Translations under genes and position numbers: made by a program
Assembly (NCBI GenBank): GCA_040954595.2
Contig: CM082576.2
Span: forward strand, 9,799,129-9,863,128
Origin: Balanoglossus misakiensis
Lineage: Eukaryota; Animalia; Hemichordata
DNA: 64,000 nucleotides
Direction of reading: 5' to 3'
Notes under the pieces: generated by a model
Seen by the model: the letters and a program-made list of their open reading frames with translations, nothing else
Databases searched by the model: none
What the model was told of the DNA's origin: nothing
Part shown: positions 43,701 to 54,548 of the stretch, one piece after another
Numbering within the stretch: position 1 is the stretch's first letter
Layout: each line of letters opens with the position of its first letter

Positions 43701-44387
43701 GCTGAAAACATGGAAAGTAAGTACTAAGTTAGCTGTGGCTTTTGTATTGACTGTGTAATTGGAAAAGAGTGTGACATTGTTGACTAAAATCCTGATGTTG
43801 ATGTTTCTCACAGGTAAGCCTCCATTGACCGTTGAAGAATGCACAAGGACTGCAGATGAACTTCACAGGGCATTCACCAAAGCTGTCAAGCTACATACAG
43901 ACGTAAGTATCCAAAATAGAAAAAAAATCCTGAATCATCCAATCATACTCAATTCAGTTCAGTTCAATTGGATTCTCATTGCTGGATTTGGTAGTTGAAA
44001 TCAGCTAAGTGTATATTTTGGTCACCAAGCTTTTCACACGTTGAATTTGATTTCTTACAGGTTGTCGGTCAGAGCAACTGCCAAGAAGAGAAACAGAAGA
44101 TGTTATCAGTGTTGCTGCCAACCTTCAGAGGAATGCAAGAAACGCTGGCCAGCATTGAACAGTCGCACGACATTCCCGCCCAACAACGAAAATCCTCCCT
44201 CGATACTTTCTCGACGGTAGAGCTGGGCAAATTGAAGACGTCCATGGCACTGACCGCGCCCACGAGTAACAATAATCAGCCGGACACAGAAACATCGTCA
44301 GCGCTTTCCCTGTTAGACCACTATTCAGACATGCTCGTCACACTTGTGAAAAACAAAATCACACAGACGGAGCCCGACGCTTCCTAG
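7747..44387 (+). CDS. MAPKBP1: MAPK-binding protein 1 / WD repeat-containing protein 62 (single invertebrate co-ortholog), about 2,000 aa
   Basis: Exons: 7747-7860, 10233-10324, 20472-20534, 21248-21305, 23390-23482, 24625-24741, 25533-25625, 25899-26081, 26611-26771, 27115-27190, 27432-27692, 27993-28059, 28735-28944, 29269-29394, 29605-29675, 30483-30607, 30956-31143, 31300-31363, 32025-32129, 32529-32701, 33024-33088, 33283-33436, 35056-35099, 36474-36509, 36753-36872, 37217-37482, 37756-37886, 38331-38634, 38806-38866, 39120-39185, 39355-40117, 42529-43716, 43814-43902, 44061-44387. All phases join without stops. Recognised family motifs: [123 protein letters not shown], and the C-terminal [10 protein letters not shown] helix. 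Exon boundaries in the low-complexity middle are less certain. Confidence 0.93.
37040..37168. mobile_element. Tc1/mariner(pogo)-type MITE
   Basis: TA on both sides (37038-39, 37169-70) and imperfect TIRs cagtcaaacta-tatagtggcca / tggccactataggtaggttcgactg. Confidence 0.6.
40383..40469. mobile_element. piggyBac-like MITE
   Basis: TIR ccctttcacc...ggtgaaaggg, flanked by degenerate TTAA (gtaa / ttag). Same termini as the element at 59031-59125. Confidence 0.5.
42736..42763 (+). repeat. Coding (ACC)n repeat giving a poly-Thr run in MAPKBP1/WDR62
   Basis: accaccactaccaccaccaccaccaccacg within exon 42529-43716. Confidence 0.85.
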
Positions 44388-47300
44388 GTGCTTTACATCA
44401 CCACTGGTGTACATATTTATGACAATCAACTGTGGTTCATCTTCAGTGTGAAGGGATGCAGTATATCACCTTGTGTTTGTTTTAGGGAAGATGAATTTAT
44501 TTTCCACATGCCCTTTGACACACACACACACACCCACCCCCATGTTGCATGATAAAGTGTAGGTGTCACCCCTGTTGTTCATTATTGGGGGGGGGGGTCT
44601 ACTGATTTCATAGACAACTGGGCGTTGGGTACTGTTTTCCATCAACGTGACTGCTCATCCCTGTTCAATGTGAGCTGTCTCGGATCCGACTGTCCAAGAT
44701 TGCCAAGTACCACAGCACACACCCCACTGCACTTCGAAAATTGGCATCATTAGCAATGCCAGATATAGTGGTGAATTGTCGACTTCTCATCCTCACTACT
44801 GAACTACATGTGGCTGGAAATCCCCCAAGGCATTGCTTCCATCTCCCTGAGCACAGCCAGTGCTTACTACAAGCATCTTCCCAATGCCATGATTTCCAGT
44901 GCACGCCCATGACACAGTCAATTATCATCATTGTGATTAAACATACAATGTACATTATAAGTACATGTACGTGTACCATGACAAGTTTGTGTAAATATTG
45001 ATACGATGAGGAAAAAAACACTACAGCTGAAATGGCTATCCTTTGTATTTTACCCATTGTGAACAATAATCGATCAAAGGGCAACTGCAGCATATCATAA
45101 GTGACATATTTTTATTTTAAACTGAAAACCTAAGCAGAGTGAGCAGTGAAAGGGTTTGTGATAAAAATGACTTTTTATTTTCAAGAAAACTTGTTTTTTC
45201 AGAAAGGTCTTGCTGAATTGGAAGTATTCAAGCTTTTCCAATAAAGCAGTTGATCATTTAAAGGCCCATATTTGTTGATGTGGGCATTGCTACAGATCTA
45301 AACGATGATCTTGGTTCATGGCCACTTCATTGGAGGAAACGATGAAAGACGACAATCCAGGTTGCTGACATCCAGGAAGTCTGAACCTGAAGGAAGACTA
45401 AAAGTTGACAGTGCGTTACAAGCACAAATATTACTTACACCAGTTTCTCATTTCGTCAACAACACATAATCTGTAACAATCAGTTATTTTAGCAAGATGA
45501 CGACTTCAAATCATGATCAATACTCAGTTTGATTCCAGCCAGTCTACGTGTAGTGCTTCCATGCTGGTGTTTAAATTTTAAAAAAAACTTAAGCATATTT
45601 GCCAAATTCTCTTGTGAAATTTCAAGTCAGCAGAACTGGACATTGGTGCTATATGTATATTTTCATGGTATTTTCATCAAAGTGTGATTTCTGGTGAAAA
45701 AAAAGTGTGTTTGTTCATACGGACAATAGTTCAATCACCTTGAAGAAGTCAGCGATGTTACCTTGTCTTGTCATGTGTTTTTTATCCACCGTGTCTGTGT
45801 TGCTACCAGAGTCTGCTTTTTGTTTTTTGCTTGGATGTTTCACTTTGCGAGATCCAATTTGCAGATGACATCATGAAACATTCCGAAGTCTAGCAGTAAC
45901 CAACACATGTTCTCCGAAAATGGATTACAGACTATAAGACAGATTCAAGGCTCAATAACAGCACATTACCGTTTTATTTTCTCACACACTTTAGAGGTGC
46001 CAATTTGAAATTCCTAAAAGGAGGCAGCTACTAATATTCCCAGAGAATTTCCACACCATCTGTTATATTCTCACCCGACTCGAAATGACGGCAAATTTCA
46101 ATTGGCACACAGGTATCAAACGCCCACTTCCCCATCGTAATCACCAAAACTGCCCGCAGTCGCTATTACTTTGCTGAACAAGAGAATGATGTATCCTATT
46201 TTTTATGGCAGTATTATTTCATATTCAATAATTTGCACCATGTGCATTCTGATTTCTTATTTACATAAATTATTTCAGTTGCAATACTTAACGATTCTTC
46301 TGGCAGGGTGCTTGGAAAGGTTCCATTTTGTTTTTCTAATCTTAGCTCTCTTTTTTTTCTCAGGATAATATAGAGTTTGACAGTATTCTTAAAATATTTG
46401 GGATATTGTAAGGAATGTTACATTTTGTAATATATGGATTTGTTTTTCTTTTTTACGACTTATTTTCTGTTTTCATATTGCCTTTTTTAAGTTTCTATTG
46501 GTGAATTATGAAGTGTTTGAGGGTTGATTCCAGTATTTTTTTAAAGTCGGGACTATTTGATTTGGCACTTAAACTCAAGGGATAAGTTTGACAACTTTTC
46601 AAAGTGTGGAGCTAGCAAAAGGTAGTGACATGCCTGAGTTTTGTTAGCCTTGAGCCAGTAATATTGCATGGGAGCGACCATGGTTTTTGCATATCAGGTT
46701 TTGCACAAACTGGTCCCCATCTACAGCACTCCTGTCGAGTGTCGGTATTTTCTCTTTTTTTTATCAAAACATAAAGGTCCACCGAGCAAAACATATCTAC
46801 TGGCATATCAGAACATTGTAAAGCACTATTTTTTTTTCATTTTGGCCAGGTGGCTATAGGTTATAGATATACACACTGCCATGTCATTGCATTGACATTT
46901 CAATCAAAATCTATTACGCCACGCGTGTTAAGTTTGAAGGCAAATGGCATGCTTTCACGCTGTCTAACTTTTCTGTCACCTTTGTTTTTACGCAGTAGAT
47001 GTCCGTAGGTGTAGTTTGTCTTTAGAAGTACCAGTAGATGCCCAGGATTGCGTTATTTAAGACTTGCAAACATGGGCTGTCTTGTGATGATTGACCAGTA
47101 GATGTTGAGGAGATAGAATCCCCGCTATATTTGCGTTGGACATTTCATGGCCATCTCTTTGTTACTGGTCACTTACAAAAATGACTAAACGTTAGATGGG
47201 ACATTTTATCCCAAACACTGTCTTTATGCATGGGAGCGCTGGTGTTTGTTGTGTATATATTCAATCATTTCATGTAATTTAATTTACTTTCGGGGTTTTA

Positions 47301-47428
47301 AAAATGTTAACGCCGAATTGAGTACTGCACTGCAGTGTGTCAAACTACGTCTATTTTTGTGATTTTTGGGGTGATTTTTGTATGATAAGTATTGAGACAA
47401 GTCAAACGGTTTCTTTTTTTTATTTGCT

Positions 47429-47434
47429 AATAAA
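47429..47434 (+). terminator. Probable polyadenylation signal ending a 3' UTR of about 3 kb for MAPKBP1/WDR62
   Basis: AATAAA after a long U-rich, UTR-like stretch, followed by a GU-rich element (gtatgtggcgttgtgtattttt). Confidence 0.45.
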
Positions 47435-48116
47435 ATGCAAAATACAAGAAGATAAATCGTATGTGGCGTTGTGTATTTTTAGTAAAGGCATCTGAGAAAT
47501 TTTCTTGAAAGTTCTTGTTCTTGTGAAAAAAAAATATACAATTAACCACGAAATAAAATTTTCCTTACAAAATTACAATTTGTTCGGGGGATAAATTTTC
47601 TACTACCTGAATTTAAGTTTGCTTTTTGGGAAAAGATATTGTCTATAAAAATAAAAGTTTAATTTTCGAAATAATTAATTATCATTGTCGTGTAGAGGCA
47701 ACGGTACTGAGCAGAGAATGCGCCGGATCATCCTGCTACACCGGATGCAAGCAGGGAGTGACATCATAGGCACTGACATAATCTCTTACCTCATTTGGGC
47801 TTCACTAGATCTAACGACCTATAAAACGAATGGAAAAACGTGATCAGGGGCCTTGTAAAGGCTACTCTGATAGCTCTCAAGTTTACAGAGCCCACGCGAT
47901 TGGCCAGCATTCACCTTTTATACCATCTTCAACGACCTCGAATTCCGCACATCTCTCTGCAGGAGTTAGATGTGACTGTAACCTAAAATCTAAAGAATGT
48001 GTCCTATAACGGAAAATCTGCGCACTTGCGTTCTCACTGTCTAATAAAGTTGAGGGGTTAGCAAACCCAACGGTCATTCTACTCATTTTGTCTTTTCAAT
48101 GTGTTCGTTGCAGACC

Positions 48117-49794
48117 ATGTTGGGAACGGCGAATAAAACGATGTCTTCGTTCGAAAAACCGTCCTTAGTAATAGCCGTGATTACTTACATGATCTATAGA
48201 CTCTTGATACTTGTTGGTCACTGCCGCGATTTCCTTCGGCGGCATGGCATTGATAAGACGGCTTCTTCATACGAAAAGGGCAACAAGGTAACACAAATCT
48301 TGTCGTACGTATTTTAACTGCTTGCGACTGCAACATACACTACAGTTGCACATGTCAATAGCATAGGAAAGTGCCGTTTACGTTGTACCACCCTAAAGTG
48401 TGTATAATTTTGTCTATGATGTACTGTAGTTTTTGTCTATATTTTATCTGGGTTTTTTTTTCGTGGGATTCCTGTAACAGGGTTTTGTTCCTTTGTACTC
48501 GGACTTTGAAAGTTTATACACCAGAAATGTGTATAGACGCATTCGCGATTGTCTGGACCGACCAATTTGCAGCGCCCCAGGTGCAACATTTGACATCGTG
48601 GAGAGGGTCAGCGAGGATTACAATTGGAACTTCAGGTGAGAAATTGCAATTGGAGCAACATCGAGGCCCACGTCTCGGGTCTCAATCTTGCACTGTCCGT
48701 GTGAAATGGGATGTGGACCAGGATGCGTTCGATCGATAGGGTTGGTCTCTGTCGCTCACTCAGGTTTAGTTTGATGGTCAATTTGCCTCCGATTGGAACT
48801 CACCCTTGTAGATTATAGGGGAAGAAACTAGTAAAATGAAAAAAAAGACGTGCCCGTTGCCAACATTAACAGTGAGCTAGAGCAGTTACACTTACTTTAT
48901 AGCGCGTTGCAATTTCAGCTTGACCGGAAAGACTACACGGTGTATCAATCTAGGATCCTACAACTATCTTGGATTTGCCGACAATTCGGGATACTGCATT
49001 GATGAAACTGAGGCCGCTCTGAAGGAGTACGGGATGGGGGTTTGCAGTACAAGGCGGGAATTAGGTATGAATGCAATTGACTGATAGGAGAAACTTATTT
49101 GTCTTCAATGCCTTGCACTTTATAGGCCTACCACATAAGTGGAGAGATTACTACTTTTCTCAGAAATGGGTACAAAATTTACATATTGTAACTGAAATCT
49201 CCTGTTTTTACCAATGGCTATAATTTATTATTCTCGTTGGCAATATCTTGCCAAGGTGACCGATTGTTGTTTATCATGAATATTTTGCAATAAAACAATA
49301 ACATTTATACGGCTTTATAGAATAAGTTGAAATCATTGGAGCACTAACACCATTGCACAATTTGGCTAGGAAATTGCAGAGATAGATAGCAAATAAAGTC
49401 GTCTGTAATATACACTTTTCTTACATATTCTATAAAGGTAATCTGGCAATCCATGAAGAACTGGAGCACCTTATTGCCGACTTTCTTGGCGTTGAGGCCG
49501 CCATTGCTTTTGGTATGGGTTTCGCTACCAATGCACTCAACATTCCGACATTCCTTGAAAAGGTCAATAAGGCCTCAATATTGCTTCATGATCGTGATAA
49601 ACCTTCTTTTCTTGCACGTTATTTGTAAGAGTCAACCACAGTGCAAAACCACATACAGCTCGAGTATAAGAAAGTTGAAAATTTGTTTTCCACGTCAACA
49701 CCTGTAATGCCGTCTACATCTGGGATATTTTGCTCTTTTGAAACACTGGATCAGTCGGTTGTCCACCAATGTTAGCGGGTAATCAGTTTGTAAC

Positions 49795-49877
<83 letters not shown>

Positions 49878-52298
49878 TTCATTTATTTATTTATTTATGT
49901 ATTTATTTATTTATTTATTTATGTATTTATTTATTTATTTCAGGGATGTCTTATTCTGAGCGATGAACTGAACCACGCCTCGATGATATTAGGATGTCGG
50001 CTCTCTGGTGCTGCAATCAAAACTTACAAGCATAATAGTAAGTCGACAAATAACAGTCAAAACGACATCAGAGGGAGGGGGTACAGGTGAGATGGGGGTT
50101 GTAAAATCCTTTCGTAGTGCAGTACGCTACTCCACAGTTTAAAACTTATGAATTTGTTGACAATAGATATGAAGAGTCTGGAGTCAAGATTACGTCAGGC
50201 AATAGTCGATGGTCAGCCTCGCACTCACAGACGATGGAAGAAAATACTCATCATAGCTGAGGGCATCTACAGGTAACTGAAGCGACATCATACTGAGTAT
50301 TCTGACAAAATAGTCAGAGACGTTTTGATTTAACTTTATCATGAATACAGAGTAGGACGTATGGATATTTGTAGAAAGGTTAGTTTGTGAATGCCCAAGT
50401 GGCCGTGTAAGTTGAAAGATTTTTGTATGGTGGATTTTTTAATTTTTTACACAGTGAAGGAAAACATTGGTTCTTGAAAGGAAACGTTTCACTATTTTTC
50501 TCTCCAGTATGGAGGGTTCCATCATCAACCTGCCAGAAATTGTGAGACTGAAGAAGAAATACAAAGCCTACTTGTACCTGGACGAAGCACACAGCATCGG
50601 TGCATTGGGAGAGAGTGGCAGAGGTGTTGTAGATTACTACGGAATGGATCCGACAGATGTTGATATGTTAATGGGCACGTTCACCAAGAGTTTTGGTGCA
50701 GCTGGCGGTTACATTGCAGGAACCAAGGTAAGTGTGTTAAGTTTCAGGGAAATCCTATAGTTCTGTTCGAAATAGTCTGAACTGGTACAGGGATTATTAC
50801 CTCCACCCGCCATTGAAGATTTCTGAAGAAGAAAGACCCGTGTTTCCCTTAACAACCAAATTGTTTTTTTTTCTCATTGCCAGGAGTTGATAGATCACCT
50901 GAAAGCCCGCTCTCACAGCACATGTTATGCCACATCCATGGCAGCACCGGTTGCCAAGCAAATCATCTCAAGTATGACAGTCATCATGGGACGCGATGGC
51001 ACCACCATAGGTCAGTTTGCTCTTGATGTTTTCAGCAAAAAATATTGATGTGGTGATAGCATTTTGTGACATCTGTTGCATGTCGTGAAAACGGTGAAAA
51101 TATTGTGTTGCATTTGGATAAATGTAACAAAACTGAAAAATTGAAATGATATTTTCCATGTCCTATGAATATTTTGTGTCATACTTTCTTACAGGACAAG
51201 AGCGAATTCGACAATTGCACTGGAACACGCGATACTTCCGTCGTCGATTACACGAGATGGATTTCATCGTCTACGGGAGCGATGACTCACCCGTGGTGCC
51301 CATGATGATTTATATGCCAACAAAGCTGGCGTGAGTAGTCACAGCCATCTCGTTGGCACGTTTCTTTTCAAATGACGATATTTGGGTGAGAAAGTAAAAC
51401 CGTAAAACTACCAATGTACCTATTGATGGATGAGTGTTAAGAATTATTGATACGGCTATGGGGTGGTCTAAAGGTTGGACAAGTGCATAAATGTTTACTC
51501 GGAACATTAAAACAAAACTTTAAAAAGACACCCGGCAAGTTAGAAATATTAGTTGCAGACTTGTGTGAAAACGTTATGTCGAGATAAAAATGCCGTTGAT
51601 GTAACGTTGGAAAATTTAAAAACAGAGCTTCATGCTGATCGATGTGGTATAAGTATTGGTCTTAAAACACAGGTATTAAAAAATCCCCTGGAAACTCTCT
51701 AAAGTTGACATGTGAGACCTTTGCCAAGGATTCCTCACAACAGAACAATATTCAATACCACTTCTTCTTACAAGAGACAAATATAGTGTTCTGAAAGTTC
51801 AAACTTAGTTAGATTTCTTAAATTTCCATCATTCATTTCATGACAGCTGTTTTTCACGAGAATGCCTGAAAAGGAGACTTGGAGTGGTAGTCGTTGACTT
51901 CCCCTTTACGCCATTCTTGGAGGGTCGAGCAAGATTCTGCTTGTCTGCCGCCCACACCAAGGAAACCCTGGACAGGGTGAGTTCAAATTTAACAACCATG
52001 CATAAATTTGTCGTGATCAAAAGTGACGATGTTCGCAACGTCAATAATGCCAACAAAGGCAATAGTTGGGGAATGATAACTAGTACATGTACGATTGAGA
52101 TTATCTTTCCAGGTATGCACTTATTATGATAATTCCAAGTATCAAGTTCGGAAACGTTCTTGTTTTTCTATACACCAGTCCTTGGCGATAATTGAAGAAG
52201 TGGGAGATTTGAACCGCCTCCGTCATTCGCGGTTGCCACTGGAAAAGAGAACTGCGCTGACGGAAAATGATCTACGGGAACTTCGAAAGCAAGATTGA
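48117..52298 (+). CDS. SPTLC2: Serine palmitoyltransferase catalytic subunit (SPTLC2/SPTLC3/LCB2-like), copy A, 509 aa
   Basis: Exons 48117-48287, 48481-48635, 48919-49064, 49438-49562, 49944-50037, 50167-50272, 50508-50727, 50884-51010, 51195-51330, 51847-51976, 52179-52298 give an intact frame. Motifs: [59 protein letters not shown]-lysine motif [19 protein letters not shown]. Confidence 0.93.
49794..49940. repeat. (TTTA)n microsatellite
   Basis: About 145 nt of near-perfect tttatttattta running directly into the cag acceptor at 49941-49943. Confidence 0.95.
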
Positions 52299-54049
52299 TA
52301 GAAAGAGCCATCTGCATAAGTAATTGGGATTACCTCCCGTAACAGATGTCGGATTGGTAGGTGTCTCGCGACCATAGATTTCCTCCATTCAGAACAGTTG
52401 CGTAGCTTTTAATTGGATTGTTATGTAAATAACTTGGCTATTCCCCAGCCATTCACTCACAGGTAATTATACGCATTTTTTTCGTGACATTTTATGATAA
52501 TTAAAAATCGTTACGGGAGCGGTATCGAGAGTGCAAGATAATTACGGTTGTTGTTCTTGTTGCATTGATCTCTATAAGCCATCTGTGTTTTCATGAGGAA
52601 GTAAATTTACACACTGGTAAGGACGGAACTACTTTTTACTTTCTGCTTGTAAAGACCGAGCGCCAGCAATGCAACGCGCACGGCAGCAGCGGAGCATTAC
52701 GATCCTATCTACCACCAGAAGAACAGAAAATTTATTTGTCAGTATATTCGAAAACCTCAAAATGTACCAAAATCTCTCAGTGTCGCCAGTTTTCTCGAAC
52801 TAAGAATACCGATGTGATCTCGCGTATCTTTCGACCTCTGAACTAAATCACCGATGAACTGACCCTACATGACCCTACTTTGCATAACAATGGCTGTGTA
52901 CCTTGGCCAATGAACGACTATCTCTGGGTTGCGTCATCGGGGTCAACACTGCCGCAGCCGCATCCACGATCGAAACTCCAATTTTCGTCAAATCTAAGGG
53001 CACACAAACAATATATAACGAAATTCCATGCATCATCACAAGTTCACAGCATCATTCGTGAAAATAAATTCAGTCTGTACAGCACTGAACGCGCGCAGAG
53101 GTCATGGAGTTCGAGTCTGTCTTATAATGAACTAAATCAATGGGAAGGTCGCGAGTTTTCATGCATTCGCATAAAAATACAGTCTGTCGTAGAAGCTATC
53201 CTCCGAAGTGTTTTGTTTAGATATTCCGCCCTTTGTGGTATTTTGCAGAGAAAATACTCTCCTACACAAGACATTTAATTTGACACGTATTTTACAGGAT
53301 TTGAAGTTGTTACGCAGACCAAAATCTCAAAAATAATAATAAAAAGTTACAGCTATTTTCCCTTTATAAGGCAATAAAAAACTAATCCGTAGTTGATACA
53401 CAAAACAAAAGAACATAAAAAATATCAAAGTATATGTACATTTTAATTAATTTGTCTTTGACCTACATGCATGCCTGTGTTATTAAATTACCTTCCGACC
53501 CGCGACACACAGCCATTTACCAAATCTCATTAAATCAGGGAATAAGAATAAATGAAGCCAATTTGTCCTCCATTGTGTATGAACCATTGTTTACTGTATG
53601 GACTCTGCCCCGCCACTTCCTGTGTGCAGATAATTAATTATACACATGAACAATGTACTCTGTCATCATATTTTGTTGGCCAGTCCTACGCCCCGAAACC
53701 TTCCACGAGTAAAATATGAGTCTCATATTAATGTCTACATTCCTGTGATGTCCGATTCCGTCTTAGTCCTCGGTTAAGGCAGCACTTCGGACGTTCATCG
53801 TTTTTATGGCCTATTTAAATTGCCAATCATTTTTTTTATTAGGTACTTCGGTACATATGTTATAATTATAAATCAGACATGGGCGTTAGAAAAGATATAT
53901 AACGCATTATATGATAAACTAAACTAAACTTTTCTCTGTTAATTTGGCAAATAACGAAAATACTTTTCCTTTTAATGGATTTTTTCGCGGATTTTTAATT
54001 GCTAAATGCAAAAAGTACACGTATTGCTGGTTTGAATAATCCAGGTTTA

Positions 54050-54548
54050 CATTGATTGGCTAATGTTAAACGGAAAGTCTGGATGAGATCACATTCGCTT
54101 GTAATTAGCGCTGTACTGTGCGCCTGCGCGGCGAACCGTTCCTGCCCTGTGATCATTCAGAGTGTAAAGATGGTTGGACACTATGATATTTCATAAAACG
54201 TCAAAAATTGGCCGACGGTAACGCTTCATAATTTTCGCTCCTGTACACCTCGCGCCTCGTCTGTCCCGTTGCTGATGGATGTTGAAGCATAGGCGTTGCA
54301 GTTGCATATACGTATACATCGGCGTGACTGACTGAGCAAACGTTGTCCCTGATCATCCAGCTAGACCGGATACAAGCCGTGAGCAGGGAGTGTCGCACTG
54401 GAGCCAACTGCCGCAATCATGGACACTGTTTTGCAGTAGAGAGCTTGAGACTCGGTGTATAGCTGTGAAAGTAGCAGCTTTTCTCAGCGACGAGATCGAG
54501 TTGTTTCATCACTGCGAGGGTCATCGCCCGGTCAACCGCCACGTAAGT
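54050..54548 (+). promoter_or_regulatory. Candidate promoter and non-coding first exon of SPT copy B
   Basis: CpG-rich block with an inverted CCAAT (attgg, about 54055) and a strong donor ac|gtaagt at 54543. The first coding exon of copy B is preceded by an acceptor (ttcgttgcag, 56904), which needs an upstream exon. Confidence 0.45.

Noticed and set aside
39360-43844. Several long minus-strand ORFs (e.g. 39624-40085, 42981-43487)
   Set aside because: They are antisense shadows of large GC-rich MAPKBP1/WDR62 exons, with no independent splice or homology evidence.
49769-49966. ORF reading YLFIYLFI...
   Set aside because: It is simply the translation of the (TTTA)n microsatellite.
48117-52298. 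Possibility that SPT copy A is a pseudogene or an assembly haplotig
   Set aside because: The frame and all splice sites are intact, and several introns are unalignable with copy B, which is too divergent for alleles. Expression still needs checking.
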